The notes beneath the pieces were generated by a model, which was given only the letters and a program-made list of their open reading frames with translations, was not told the DNA's origin and searched no databases. Of a stretch of DNA of 64,000 bases, positions 1 through 10,957 are shown piece after piece. The translations under genes and the position numbers were made by a program. Location: positions 89,156,001-89,220,000 of the forward strand of contig OX597825.1 in NCBI GenBank assembly GCA_951406725.2, in the 5' to 3' direction. Position 1 is the first letter of the stretch. Every line of letters starts with the position of its first letter. This DNA is from Octopus vulgaris. Its lineage: Eukaryota.

Positions 1-385
1 ATGGGTGTTTCTTCACATATAGTTTTACTTTTAAATTACCAGACACTTTAATTAAACTCACGTATGATAGAGGTATTTCATTTTTCAGACATGTAACGAC
101 ACAGGTGCTTTTTTGCGTACCCCCTTTCGCGTATCTTTGCAATTTCTCCTCTGGACGTTCTCTTCTTCCCCTGATTTTTCCAATCATAAATTTTCTCCGA
201 GCGTCAATCTGATACATTCACTGTGTAATTCGTGGTTTCAATTCCTATACCGGGTGAGGCGTTGCCTTCTTGAGCAAAACACTTCATCCCACGATTCGTC
301 GCGATACCTTCGACACCGTGCACCTGTTCGGTAAACGTCGATTTGAGGGACAGAGTGAGCCTATGTGCGGCACAAACATTTAATC

Positions 386-417
<32 letters not shown>

Positions 418-508
418 AAGGTTCAAGGTGCAGGAAGTTGTTCAGAAGTTCTGCTAGCTAGGAAGCATATGTAGCCTTGGTTTTATCAGCTCCATTCCCT
501 AATTTTGG

Positions 509-558
<50 letters not shown>

Positions 559-1077
559 AATGTCTGTCTGTCTGTGTGTTTCCCTAAAACGTGAGAACTA
601 CACAACCAATTTCATTCAAATTTTACACATACCTTACTTAGGGTCCATGTAGTTTCATGGGCAAAAGAAATGTTCAACTTCTTGCCTAGAGCGAGCCCAT
701 AGCAATATCATATCTTCTACACTATTTCAGTATTACGTGTTAAAAGTGAAACAAAAATATTTCTCAGATGGTTTCACTTTAACAATAAAAATAATAATAA
801 CAATTGAATTATATGTAGTAAGTGATAATTAAAATCAAACTAAAGTATGATATAATCGTAACATACAAAAGTAAAAAAGCAATTGGTATAAAATTGCATC
901 AATGATTTGAACTTGAATAAATGGTTTCACATGAATGGGAATGAATTAAAAATAAAATTAGCGTGCAGAAATGGAATAATCCAGATGGATAATAAAAAAC
1001 TAAATCAAAGAAAAGACTATTGTCTATAAAGTATGCAATGTAGAGAAAAAAGAAGAACTAACAATTCCAGTCTGTTA

Positions 1078-2868
1078 ATTGTCCGGGTGTTGTTAGTTGT
1101 GATAAGACGGTGAATTTCTTTCTCTCTCTCTCTCTGTGAGAGAGAGAGAGAGAGAGAGAAGAAAGAAAGAATGAATTGATATGATTTCGCGCGAGGCGTT
1201 TGCCTCCACGTGTTGAAACCTTTTGAAGAAGGTGAATTGACACTCTAGTCAAAAAAGCGATTCGTCGCTAATTGTAAGGGAGGTGTTCTTTGAGGAGAAA
1301 CTCAAAGAATATGAAAAGCTTTTCAAAAGGGAGGGTGATAGCGTGAAGCTAATCCCCCCTCCCGCGAAAACAAAAGAGGATAAAGAAAGCAAGACGGTGG
1401 CATATAGAACCCAAGACAGGAGTACAAGGAAACTGGCAAGAATAGAGATAGACGAAATTGAGAAATGTCTGGGAGACATAATGGGAAAAATAACTTATGT
1501 GAGTGAGGTAAGAAATTTGGTACGGTGGAGGTGAGATGTGCAACGGAGGAAATTGCAGCCTCACTGGCTACCACCGTACTAAGAGCCGAAAAATTCACAA
1601 TGTGGCCCTCATACAAGGGAAGAAGAGGGGTTCGAGTTAAAATCCCGAACATACCCCCAGAAGTTAAAACAGAATGGCTGGCAAAAGCCATTCTAGGAGC
1701 AGCAGAAGAGGAAGTGGAGGTGGAATCGAAAGGGGTCAAACGTGGTGAACTGGAAAGGATATGGGGTGGAATTGTGGATGTTGGCCACAACAGAAGACAT
1801 TGAAAGGCTTCCCTACAGAATAGAGGTGGAAGACGAAAAGACCCTCAGCGTAATCGTAGAGGGGAGAAAACCCAATTGTTACTTGTGTGGGACAAAGGGG
1901 CACATTAAAAAGGAGTGCCCGTTATATGAATTCGTAGCAGAGTGTGAGCAGGAAAAGGAACTTGAAGAAAAGAATAATACATTAAATGAGAAAGAAAGCA
2001 AAGAAAAGGAAACAAAACAACAAGAGAAAGAAAATAATAAGTCAATGAAGGAAAAAGAAATAAAAGGAAAGGAATTAATAGAACCAAAACAGAGTCAAGA
2101 GAAAAAAAGGAAAGAGAAACAACAGGGAAAAACAAGACAAGGAACAGAGACAAGCGAAAAGAAAAGACGGTACACAAAAGGAAAAAGAAACTCCAGGAAA
2201 GGAACATAAAGTACGAGATAAAGAGAAAACAGAAAAAGACATAAAGACAAGAGAAGGAAAGAGAAAGAAAAGAAAGAAAAGAAGAGAGAGAGAAAGAAAA
2301 AGGGGAAAACAAAGAGGAAATAAGTCCGAAAAGGAAGATGAAGGAAAATACAGGACGGAATCGGGATTACTACTATTATAGATTAGTAACCTACCATTTC
2401 TGCCCTGAAATGACCGATGTAACAACTGAAACGGAGGGACATGTATGGGTCAACAGGATGACCGACCGGTGGGAGGAGACTGCTCTAACCCCCGAGGAAG
2501 GAGGCGCTGAGTTCTTCAAAGCTGCCGGGGAAAATGTAATATTTTTCACGAAGGTTCGAGTGAGAGAGCGGCTACCTACGGATTCAGTGATGGACTTCAG
2601 AGAAGTGAAAACAATCGTAGAATATGTGTAAGATTGTAAGAAGAAAAAAAAAAGAAACAATTTGGTGAAATATATGTGAAAAAACTTACGAAAATGTAAC
2701 CTTTTGATTCCGGGGATCGAGTGGACATTTACATCTCATTGTAAATATTCTTTCATATTTCATTATTACTTTTATTTTTTCCTTTTCTTGTCATTTGCTT
2801 TCTTATTTTAAGTTCCCCGGGTGTGTTGTCCATCTCTGTGTTAACCTTTATGGTAAAAAAACAAATCT
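1078..2868 (+). mobile_element. ORF1-only (gag-like) non-autonomous non-LTR retroelement, HAL1-like (element A)
   Basis: Bounded by TTCCAGTCTGTT at 1065-1076 and 2869-2880. It holds a frameshifted ORF1 homologue and no EN/RT. Its A-rich 3' tail is similar to the tail of the downstream LINE. Confidence 0.7.
1283..2631 (+). pseudogene. Frameshifted LINE ORF1 with CCHC zinc knuckle (element A)
   Basis: ORF pieces 1283-1534, 1525-1803, 1742-2209 and 2338-2631. Motifs FGTVEVR, KIPNIPPEV and VEGRKPNCYLCGTKGHIKKEC are colinear with the ORF at 3090-3953. A K/E-rich low-complexity region follows. Confidence 0.75.
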
Positions 2869-3089
2869 TTCCAGTCTGTTCGTCGATTGCTGTTACGTTA
2901 TTTAATACCAGTTTGTAAAAATATTATTGTTATTTTAAATTGTATATTCTGTCTGTTTGTACAAAATTGTTATTTGCCTTCATTTGAAGGTTAGGTATTA
3001 ACCCCCCCCCCCCCGGTGGGGGAATTATCGTAGAAAAATTTACAAAACGGCACAAAAGGCTTGCGAAGCCAGAATTTTGCAAAAAAGGC

Positions 3090-4406
3090 TTGTTAAACCC
3101 AATTGAAAGGCTTGTTAAGCCATATTCGGAGATGGAAACCCCTATCTCTTATTCACCTGTGTCAGGTAAAGAAAGCTCACCGGTGGTGTCGCCGAGAGCA
3201 GGAGAAGCCCCAACGAAGAAGTTTTCAGAAGTGGCGGGCAAGAAACTAAAGAAGATAAACACAGAAAAAAGCAACTTGGAAAAGTATACAACATGTCTTA
3301 AAAAGGAAGGGACAGAAGTGACAGTAACACCGAACGTCAGCAAAATAGAGGAAGTCGAAAAAAGAAGAATAATCTACAAGACATACAACACAACAATGAA
3401 ATCCATTGAAAGAGTGGAAGAAAAGAAAATTGAGAGTTGCCTAAAGGCAATATGGCAGGAAATTACTTACCTGATTCGTGGAAGAAAATTCGGAACGGTA
3501 GAGGTGAGGTTTAGGACAAAAGCGATAGCTAAAAAGCTATCAACTGAACCATTAAAAGCAGACGATATAGTCCTCCTCCCCCTGTACAGAGGCAGAAGGA
3601 CGTCGAAAATCAAAATCAACAACATTCCCCCAGAGGTAGACGCCACATGCCCGGTGGCGGCAGTCATGTTAGGACTGGAGGACAAGATCAATATCCTCCA
3701 GGCTACAGTAGAGGAGGAGGGGCATTGGAAAGGCCAATGCATTTCAATGGCAATACAAGCGGAAATACAGACTTTGGAAGAAATTCCAGAGACGTTGAAA
3801 ATCAACGAGGAGGAGAGAGTAATAGTTTTTGTGGAAGGCAGAAAGCCGAGGTGCTTCGGCTGCGGTAAAAAGGGGCACGTGAGAGCAGAGTGCCAACCTA
3901 AACCACAGGAAGCAGCACCGCCAGAAAAGGAAAAGGAAAAACCAGAAGCATAACCAGACAACTTAAAGAAAACACCAGAAAAAACAGAAAAATTAGAAAC
4001 AACAGAAACAACAAGCTGTGAGGAAAAAGAAAAAGAGGAGGGGTGGGAACAAATCACCAAGAAGAAACGAAAAACAGAAACCACCCCTCAGAAACTGAAC
4101 CAGCCAAAAAAATGAAAAGAGAACACGAGCACATTCATGGCCATTAAGGCATCCAACAACAGATTAATTAACGGTTTGGCAGCGATGTCAATGGTGAGGA
4201 AAGTTAGAAAAACAAAAGACATTATCGTTTACCGAATAGGCCAGAAGGATTACGGACGGATAAAATCCGAATTCTTCCATGACGTGGGCCCTCTGACAAT
4301 GGACATATCACCATATATATACGAGGGCCTGCATCAGACTCCCCCACGAGTCCGGGAAAAAGATAAAAGTGAAGAAAAAGAAGAACAAGTCGAACCACTG
4401 ATATAA
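3090..4406 (+). pseudogene. LINE ORF1 (gag-like, CX2CX4HX4C knuckle), interrupted by a stop at 3951-3953 and a probable frameshift
   Basis: VEGRKPRCFGCGKKGHVRAEC. The K/E-rich frame continues past the stop (EEGWEQITKKKRK), and a C-terminal piece at 4137-4406 ends 8 bp before the ORF2 ATG. Confidence 0.8.
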
Positions 4407-4414
4407 GGTAAGTC

Positions 4415-7400
4415 ATGAATTGCATTTATGTTGGTTGTTTAAATGGGCGCGGTCTGGGATCAAACTGGAAGCAGAGTCGTTTCCTTAATGATATCAGGTC
4501 GCGTAATTTGTATGTCATTGTTGCTACAGAAACCCGGTTAGAGGGACCAAGAGGTCTACTCCCGCTGTTTGACGGCTACGAGAGTTTTTTTTCTCTCTGG
4601 CCATTCCTAACGGCGGGGGTGGGGTGTTGGTCCTGTTAAAAAGAAACCGGGTTTTTGAGAAAATGTTTTCTCAAAAACCCGGTTTCTTTTTAACAGGACC
4701 AACACCCCACCTTCAGATCCAGAAGGTAGGCCGGTCGTCATGGATTTGATGTTCAGTAACAGTAAAGTTATCAGACTGGTTGCAATTTACGCACCCAAAC
4801 AAAAGGGGCAAAGTGATTATTTTCGAGAGCTGGAGAAGTTTCTTGGTACTTCACATTCATTAGTTGTGCTAGGCGACTTTAACACAATTTGCAAGGCGGG
4901 TGTGGATTGCGTTGGCTTGCGTCCAGATAGAAAAGGTAACATTGGCTTCCTGGAATTGCTAAGTCACTTTGAGCTAGCAGATCCTTATAGGTTGGAATTT
5001 CCGAACGCTCCATTGTGGACATGGTCAAGCAGCGACGGATCTTCCAGGTCATACACAGATAAAATACTAATTAGAAAAGTAGACAGAGAAATAGCTAAGT
5101 GTCCACAGTTTTACCCGGTCAGCTACAGTGATCATAAAATAGTCACCCGTAAGCTTGACGTAGATAAGGTTAATAATAGAAGCTCCGGTTATTGTAAACT
5201 TAATACGTTCCTTTTGGCGATTAAGGAGTACAGAGACCGGATTAGGACTATAATTCGGAGGGCGCTATCTGGTGCAATCATTAATAACAAATGGTGGTAT
5301 GCCCTCAAGCGAGCCATCAAATTCGAGTCTATTAGATATAGCATAGGATTAGTGGCTAGAGAGGCTAGGAAGGAATCAACTCTAGTTAAGGAATTAGAGG
5401 AAGCCTTGAAAACTGGCTCTGCGGATCAGGTGACGGCCAAGAGACTGACGTTAAACCAGCACCTCTAGGCCAAACACATGGGCTGCATTGTTAGGGATAG
5501 GATCCGCGCAGTGGGTTGTGAAGGGAATCAACGCCGCGAGATGGGCCCGAATGGTGGAAGCTCAGCGTGGTAATGATGCCACAATTCGATCTTTGACGGT
5601 CCAACAAGGTAAGTTGATAAACGAACCCGAGGAGATGTGTGAGGCCTTTCAGGAGCACTTCGCTCAGCTTTTCGGTGGGGGCGGCGGACCGGATAGAAGG
5701 AGGGACTTTACGGACCTCCTCGACGGACTGCCGCGCCTATCGGGGCGAGATGCGGAGGGCTGTGAAAGGCCAATCACGCCTGAGGAAGTGGCTGAGGCGA
5801 TGGCGGACTGCGGCGCGGGCAAGTCGCCGGGGTTGGATGGTCTACCCTATGAATTATATAAGAGTATGCTAGACTTGTTCGGGCACCTACTGACGGAGGT
5901 CTATGCGAACTGGCAGCAGAACGGGTTCATTCCCAGATGTGTGCGCCGGGGAGTAGAAAGGACTCGAACAAGGAGAGTGCATTGATAATTTCAGGCCCAT
6001 CACTCTGCTAAACACAGAGTTGAAGATTTTGGCCAAAGTGTTATCGAACAGATTGGCGCGTGTCGCGGATGGTCTGATCGGGGAGGCACAGACAAGTGCC
6101 GTTCCCGGCAGATCCATTCAGGATAATCTCCATCTTATGCGGTACACTATAGAGGGGTTTAATAGTATCTCTGGCAAGGGTGGGGCAGTGGCCCATTTAG
6201 ACCAATCTAAAGCATTTGATAGGGTCGACCATCGCTACCTGTTATACGTTCTAGTACAGTTCGGACTGGGCCTTGGCTTCCTCAGGTGGATTATTCAAAT
6301 TTACGATAACATCAACCCGGTAGTTCGAGTGAACGGCTTCTTTTCGAAGCCGTTCAACATCAAGCGCTCGGTTCGTCAAGGGTTTCCGCTCTCCCCGCTT
6401 TTGTACGTAGTGGCTCTTGAGCCATCACTGCTAAAACTGAGCGGCATCCCGAGACAGCCAGGTTGTGGAAAATCGGTGTCAGCCTACGCGGATGACATCA
6501 CCGAAATGGATCGCCTACAGAGGGTAGGTAAGGCCATAGAGGTTTACGAGACGGTGACAAGAGCAAAGGTTTATCGTGAAAAGTCAGTCGGCTTGCAGCT
6601 CGGCACCTGGAGAGGCAAGTCGATACCTCCTGACAGCGTCGTGGGACGTTGGACGGAGGGTCCGATTAAGTTGCTAGGGGTTTGGTTTGGACCAGACCTC
6701 CAAATAGAGAAGAACTGTGGCGAGGTATCGAGCAGGGTGGCTGCAGTAGTCAATACCTGGTCTTGACGGTGGCTATCCCTGAAAAGAAAGGGCGGAGGTA
6801 GCCAATGTGTTTATCGCATCGGTTATCACCAACCGCCTATCCGTTGTTCCTTGCCCTGATTCGTGGTTGATCAAGTTGGAAAGACAGCTCTTCTACTTCT
6901 TGTGTATGAGCGGGAAACCGCTTGTGAAACGCTCTACTTGCTGTCAACAACCGTTAAAGGGTGGGCTAGGGATGCCTTGGCTGATGATGCGCAGACATCT
7001 GTGGCTCTACCTGGATGGTGAACGGGTGAGGTCTCCGCTGGCAAAACTGATGTTTCCCAAGTTCACTAGTTTCGGTGGATGGGAAGCATGGCTGAATCGT
7101 AGATCGAAACTGGGTACATGGTACACGGAGTGTCGCGAGGCTCTCCTGCTATTCCGTCGCTCGGGCAACGCCTGCGGTGGGGGTTCCACGGCATTCTTCT
7201 ATAGAGGGCTGGTAGAGACGGAATGTGAAGATACCTTAGGGGAAGCCCTAGGTCTCGACGATAATCAGCTGGCCAGTCTGTTCCAACGTACATTCAGGCC
7301 GAAGACCCTGGACAACTTCCAGAAGTATCTGGCATGTCAATGTTACAGAGGAGCTCTACCTGTTCGGGATAAACTCGCAAGGCACGGTGGCCAAGACAGT

Positions 7401-7808
7401 CCGACATGCCCAAGATGCAAGCGGGATAGGGAAACGGTCCCGCATGCTATTGTTCAATGTTCGGTCGTGTCAGAGGTGTGGGTTTATGCCGAACAGCTGT
7501 TGTCAAGCACACGAAGAGTACAGCTGTTGACTGAGTCTATTATAAAAATTTACCCACCAGATTTCCTCGCGAAAGAGGGTAAGAATTGTTTTTTCGTTGT
7601 AGTTGCAATTGCGAGAGAGGTGATTTGAAAGACTAGGGTGAAAGGTTTACGGTCAGGCAAGTTCATCTCTGGCCCTGGATTGATGAATTACTTCATCTTC
7701 CACCTGAAACTGAAGATAGGGCTGGAGAGAAAATGCCTGACTAAGAAAGTGTATGAAGAAAGATGGAAGGATGTAGCACGAAAGTTGCGTGTGGATGATA
7801 CCACATAA
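4415..7808 (+). pseudogene. LINE ORF2: APE endonuclease, reverse transcriptase and C-terminal CCHC, with several frameshifts and stops
   Basis: APE motifs GCLNGRGL, TETR, AIYAP, LGDFN, SDH. RT motifs [53 protein letters not shown]-terminal CPRC...ETVPHAIVQC. This layout is typical of L1/Tx1. Confidence 0.93.
4618..4711. repeat. Perfect 46-bp inverted repeat with a 2-nt loop inside the APE coding region
   Basis: 4618-4663 is the exact reverse complement of 4666-4711. Confidence 0.95.
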
Positions 7809-8231
7809 ATGTAAACCAGGACGAAAACCAAAGTATCACTGGTGAGGGGGGTGATTCGTAGGGTGCGAGCTAAACCCGCCCTCACTCCATCCGTAATGTC
7901 TTTTGGTCTGTTCTTTCATTCGATTTTTTGATATTTTTGGTATATTTTTAAAAGCTCATCATTTTTGTAATCCCATCCGCAAATCTGACCCCATATCATG
8001 TTGTATTGTCCCCTCTATGTTCGCCCCTTGTGGGTAATAAAAAATCAATTCCAGTCTGTTATATATTTTGAGTATTGTTATCACTAGTGATATCAATATA
8101 TAATTTTGTATTTTGCATTTTATGTGTAGATGTATATATATATAGATGTACATGTAATATGTACACATATATATACACATATATACGTGCACTAGCACTA
8201 TGACCCGGCAACGACGGGTCTTTAATGCTAG

Positions 8232-8262
<31 letters not shown>

Positions 8263-9075
8263 TGGACTTTATCGTCGAAGATGGCGGACGAGCGTTCACC
8301 ATTTGCCAAACGACCTTCGTAAATGATTCGGTTATAGTGATCAATTGTATGTGTTTACTTTGTTCATCGAATCGAAGTTGATGAAACGAACAGAACGCAA
8401 CACCCGGTCCAGGAATTGAAACTGCGATCTCACGATCGTGAGTGCAATATCCTTAGTACTAGACACCTTCCATACTAGTGCAGATAGAAATTAATCCCAA
8501 ACAGACGCTCCTTTTACACAGAGAGAATCAAAACTCAATGCACGAAGATATTTCGTCTGACTGAAATCAGTTTGGTCCGAAAATTGTCGAAACTTCGGAG
8601 GAGAAATGATGAATTTGTCTTTCCCCCATTGCAGGATTTTATGTTCAAGAATCTTCATTTAAAAGCAGAAGTAAATAGACCAACCCACTCAAAAGAATCT
8701 GGAAGTTATTTATATTCCGGTATGTATTCAAATTCTGAATCTTTCAGACACAAGAAATTTTGGAAAGAAATATGAAGTAGAAAATAGTGTAAATAATGAA
8801 TTTGTTGCATTTGCAATTGTTACCCATTGCAAGTCACTAAAATGCTATAAGAGTTTAGGTGGCTCAATGCCGCTTACTGCAAGCTCATCCCTCAGTTTAT
8901 CACACTGCTCTCATCAATATAGAGCGATGCATTTCCATCAGAAATATATTTCCATTAGACTACAGTATCTCATAGCCAAGATAGTTGAACAAAGCAACGT
9001 AAGCATTTTGCTAGCACTTTGCCAAATCGGACAATCCAAAGCGCTTAAATGTATAAATGCATAATGATCACTCAC

Positions 9076-9213
9076 CCCAGTTATTCCTTCAGGGAAGAAT
9101 CCAGGATGCGCAGTCCAATTCTGACTATTAACGTGAAAAAATCCAACGCAAATAATGCAGGCCACCACAACTACATTGAGCAGACTACAGACACAGCTGA
9201 CAACAGATGTAAC
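9076..9213 (-). CDS. SLC7A4-like: Internal exon of a cationic amino-acid transporter (SLC7A/CAT family, most like CAT-4)
   Basis: 138-bp phase 0-0 exon with acceptor tttttctcttcttgcAG and donor GTGAGT. It encodes VTSVVSCVCSLLNVVVVACIICVGFFHVNSQNWTAHPGFFPEGITG, which fits the CAT pattern 'NW...GF.P.G..G'. Confidence 0.85.
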
Positions 9214-9349
9214 CTGCAAGAAGAGAAAAACATATTAAGAAGCTTATAATATGCAAATATTGATAGACGGGAGCATCTTTTTATTGCAATTGTACATGTT
9301 AATTATGAATGGTGGGATTTATGGTACCATATTTTCTATATTTTCTTTC

Positions 9350-9739
9350 GTTCGGGATGTCAATGGTCGGCCAGAAGGAGATTGGATTTCGAGTGACAAA
9401 TGACCATTCCTAAAGCGTGGAAACTACTCGCAAACATGTGTTTTGCGTATAGCAGTGTCCTTCTCAGCTGTTTGAAGCATAACAACTGTTTCGGCCGCCG
9501 TTTTTCCCAGTAGAAAACAGAACTTCAACAAAGCTAGCTGTTCCTTCGTTTCAGCCATCGCAAAAATCGACGAAGAGGGGAGAAGCGCTGCAAAAGAAAG
9601 ACGCAGCACTTGGCAGTACGACCCCACAACCAAATAATACCTTTCGACAGACTGATGTCAGAGAGTTGCATAAATTGGCGACTCGGGACCGAGTCCCGAA
9701 CCACAATGAGCTTGTTCTTCAGATAATGTTTACCCCTCG
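9350..9739 (-). mobile_element. Mariner 5' fragment (left TIR and HTH region of the transposase)
   Basis: TA-CGAGGGG TIR start at 9741-9733. Peptide EQLALLKFCFLLGKTAAETVVMLQTA...SGRP. Confidence 0.75.
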
Positions 9740-9833
9740 TAAATATATATATATATGCACACACAAATACACATATAGTACATTCCAATGTGAATATAAT
9801 GGTGTGTGTATGCATGTATAAACATATATACAT

Positions 9834-9864
<31 letters not shown>

Positions 9865-9865
<1 letters not shown>

Positions 9866-10068
9866 GAGAAAAACCACTATTATGTAATTCAAACAATGAT
9901 AGACATAAACCAAGTGATAAATAAAAAATAAAATATATAATAATACTTATTATATATTGATTATTCATTTTTATACTTTTTGTAATCTAGTTATATGTTT
10001 AAAATTTTTTTATTTATCATTTGGTTTATGTCTATCATTGTTTGAATTACATAATAGTGGTTTTTCTC
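9865..10068. repeat. ~64-bp inverted repeat with AT-rich spacer, probably a Penelope-like inverted-end relic
   Basis: GAGAAAAACCACTATTATG...GATAAATAAAAAA (9865-9928) is reverse-complemented at 10006-10068 with one mismatch. Confidence 0.8.
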
Positions 10069-10077
10069 AAATGTATA

Positions 10078-10592
10078 TCTATATATATATAAAACTGTAG
10101 TTGTGTGAGTGTCTGTCCCCTTCGATTTAGATTCCTAACTACTCCCACATTTTGCGGTGCAGTTTAACCAAACTCGGGTATCTTATAGTCGTGATTCATA
10201 TCGAGCCCGTCTGAGTATTAGCGCGCGTCTACGATGAGTCTACGATTTTAAAAATAATTTAACATCATTTTTTATTCCATTTTAATGCATAATTTTTCGT
10301 GTGTCGATGGCGGCGGAGTTGGCGTTCATGGTCACACCTGCACCTGTGTGCTTCTCCCCTTTCTTCCCTCCCTCGTGAAGCTGTGGGGAAGGGAGTGTAA
10401 GGAAATCAACGTCGTAAAGCGTTGTCAAGGAGACCAGCGTTCTTTCAGAACAACAACTTCATGGCTTGAAGACACCAAAACAGAAATGGCTAAGAAAGCT
10501 CGAATTGGTATCTATAAGGGAAGTAACTCTCTAAAAATGCTTATATAGTTATTTCCCTTACAAACCCGAGCAACGCCGGGCGATACTGCTAG
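10078..10592 (+). mobile_element. Non-autonomous Helitron
   Basis: A|TC 5' end, subterminal hairpin CCCGAGCAACGCCGGG, CTAG|T 3' end. A second copy lies at 11447. Confidence 0.85.
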
Positions 10593-10599
10593 TATGTAT

Positions 10600-10840
10600 G
10601 TATATGTATATGTATGTGTGTGTATATGTTTATGTGTCTCTGTTTGTCTCTCTAGCATTGCTTGACAACCGATGCTGGTGTGTTTACGTCCCCGTCACTT
10701 AGCGGTTCGGCAAAAGAGACCGATAGAATAAGTACTGGGCTTACAAAGAATAAGTCCCGGGGTCGAGTTGCTCGACTAAAGGCGGTGCTCCAGCATGGCC
10801 GCAGTCAAATAGACTGAAACAAGTAAAAGAGTAAAAGAGA
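10600..10840 (+). mobile_element. SINE 3' portion with a CR1-like tail
   Basis: GCTTGACAACCGATGCTGGTGTGTTTACGT...GATAGAATAAGTACT recurs at ~19985-20075. It ends GGCGGTGCTCCAGCATGGCCGCAG...(GTAAAAGA)n. Confidence 0.75.
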
Positions 10841-10957
10841 GTAATAGATACATACACACACAAACACACACACACATACACACATACACACACACACACA
10901 CACACACATACACACACACACATTCATGTGCGTTGACTACAGCATTAAAGCATTTTA

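Larger units (their letters stand above)
2881..8045 (+). mobile_element. Near full-length L1/Tx1-clade LINE (element B), degenerate
   Basis: ORF1 with zinc knuckle, then ORF2 (APE-RT-CCHC). The 3' UTR ends GGGTAATAAAAAAT and is followed by CAATTCCAGTCTGTTA (8046-8061), identical to 1062-1077. Confidence 0.9.
541..8231 (+). mobile_element. Non-autonomous Helitron-like element (~0.7 kb of own sequence) split by a ~7 kb retroelement insertion
   Basis: The 5' part (TA)nAAACTGAGAATGTCTGTCTGTCTG resembles the starts of the Helitrons at 10078 and 11447. The 3' end has the hairpin GACCCG-gcaacga-CGGGTC (8202-8220), then CTAG|T (8228-8232). The 5' TC is lost in the (TA)n run, and the pairing of the two ends is inferred. 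Confidence 0.6.

Noticed and set aside
1323-4084. Minus-strand F/S/L-rich ORFs
   Set aside because: They are antisense shadows of the purine-rich ORF1 sequences.
1062-8061. Elements A and B as LTRs or as a simple tandem duplication
   Set aside because: A and B resemble each other only at the protein level and in the short tail. There are no long direct repeats, integrase or protease.
8635-8719. Possible plus-strand exon (ttgcAG...CCG|GTATGT)
   Set aside because: The peptide is unrecognisable, there are no partner exons, and it is antisense to the supported gene.
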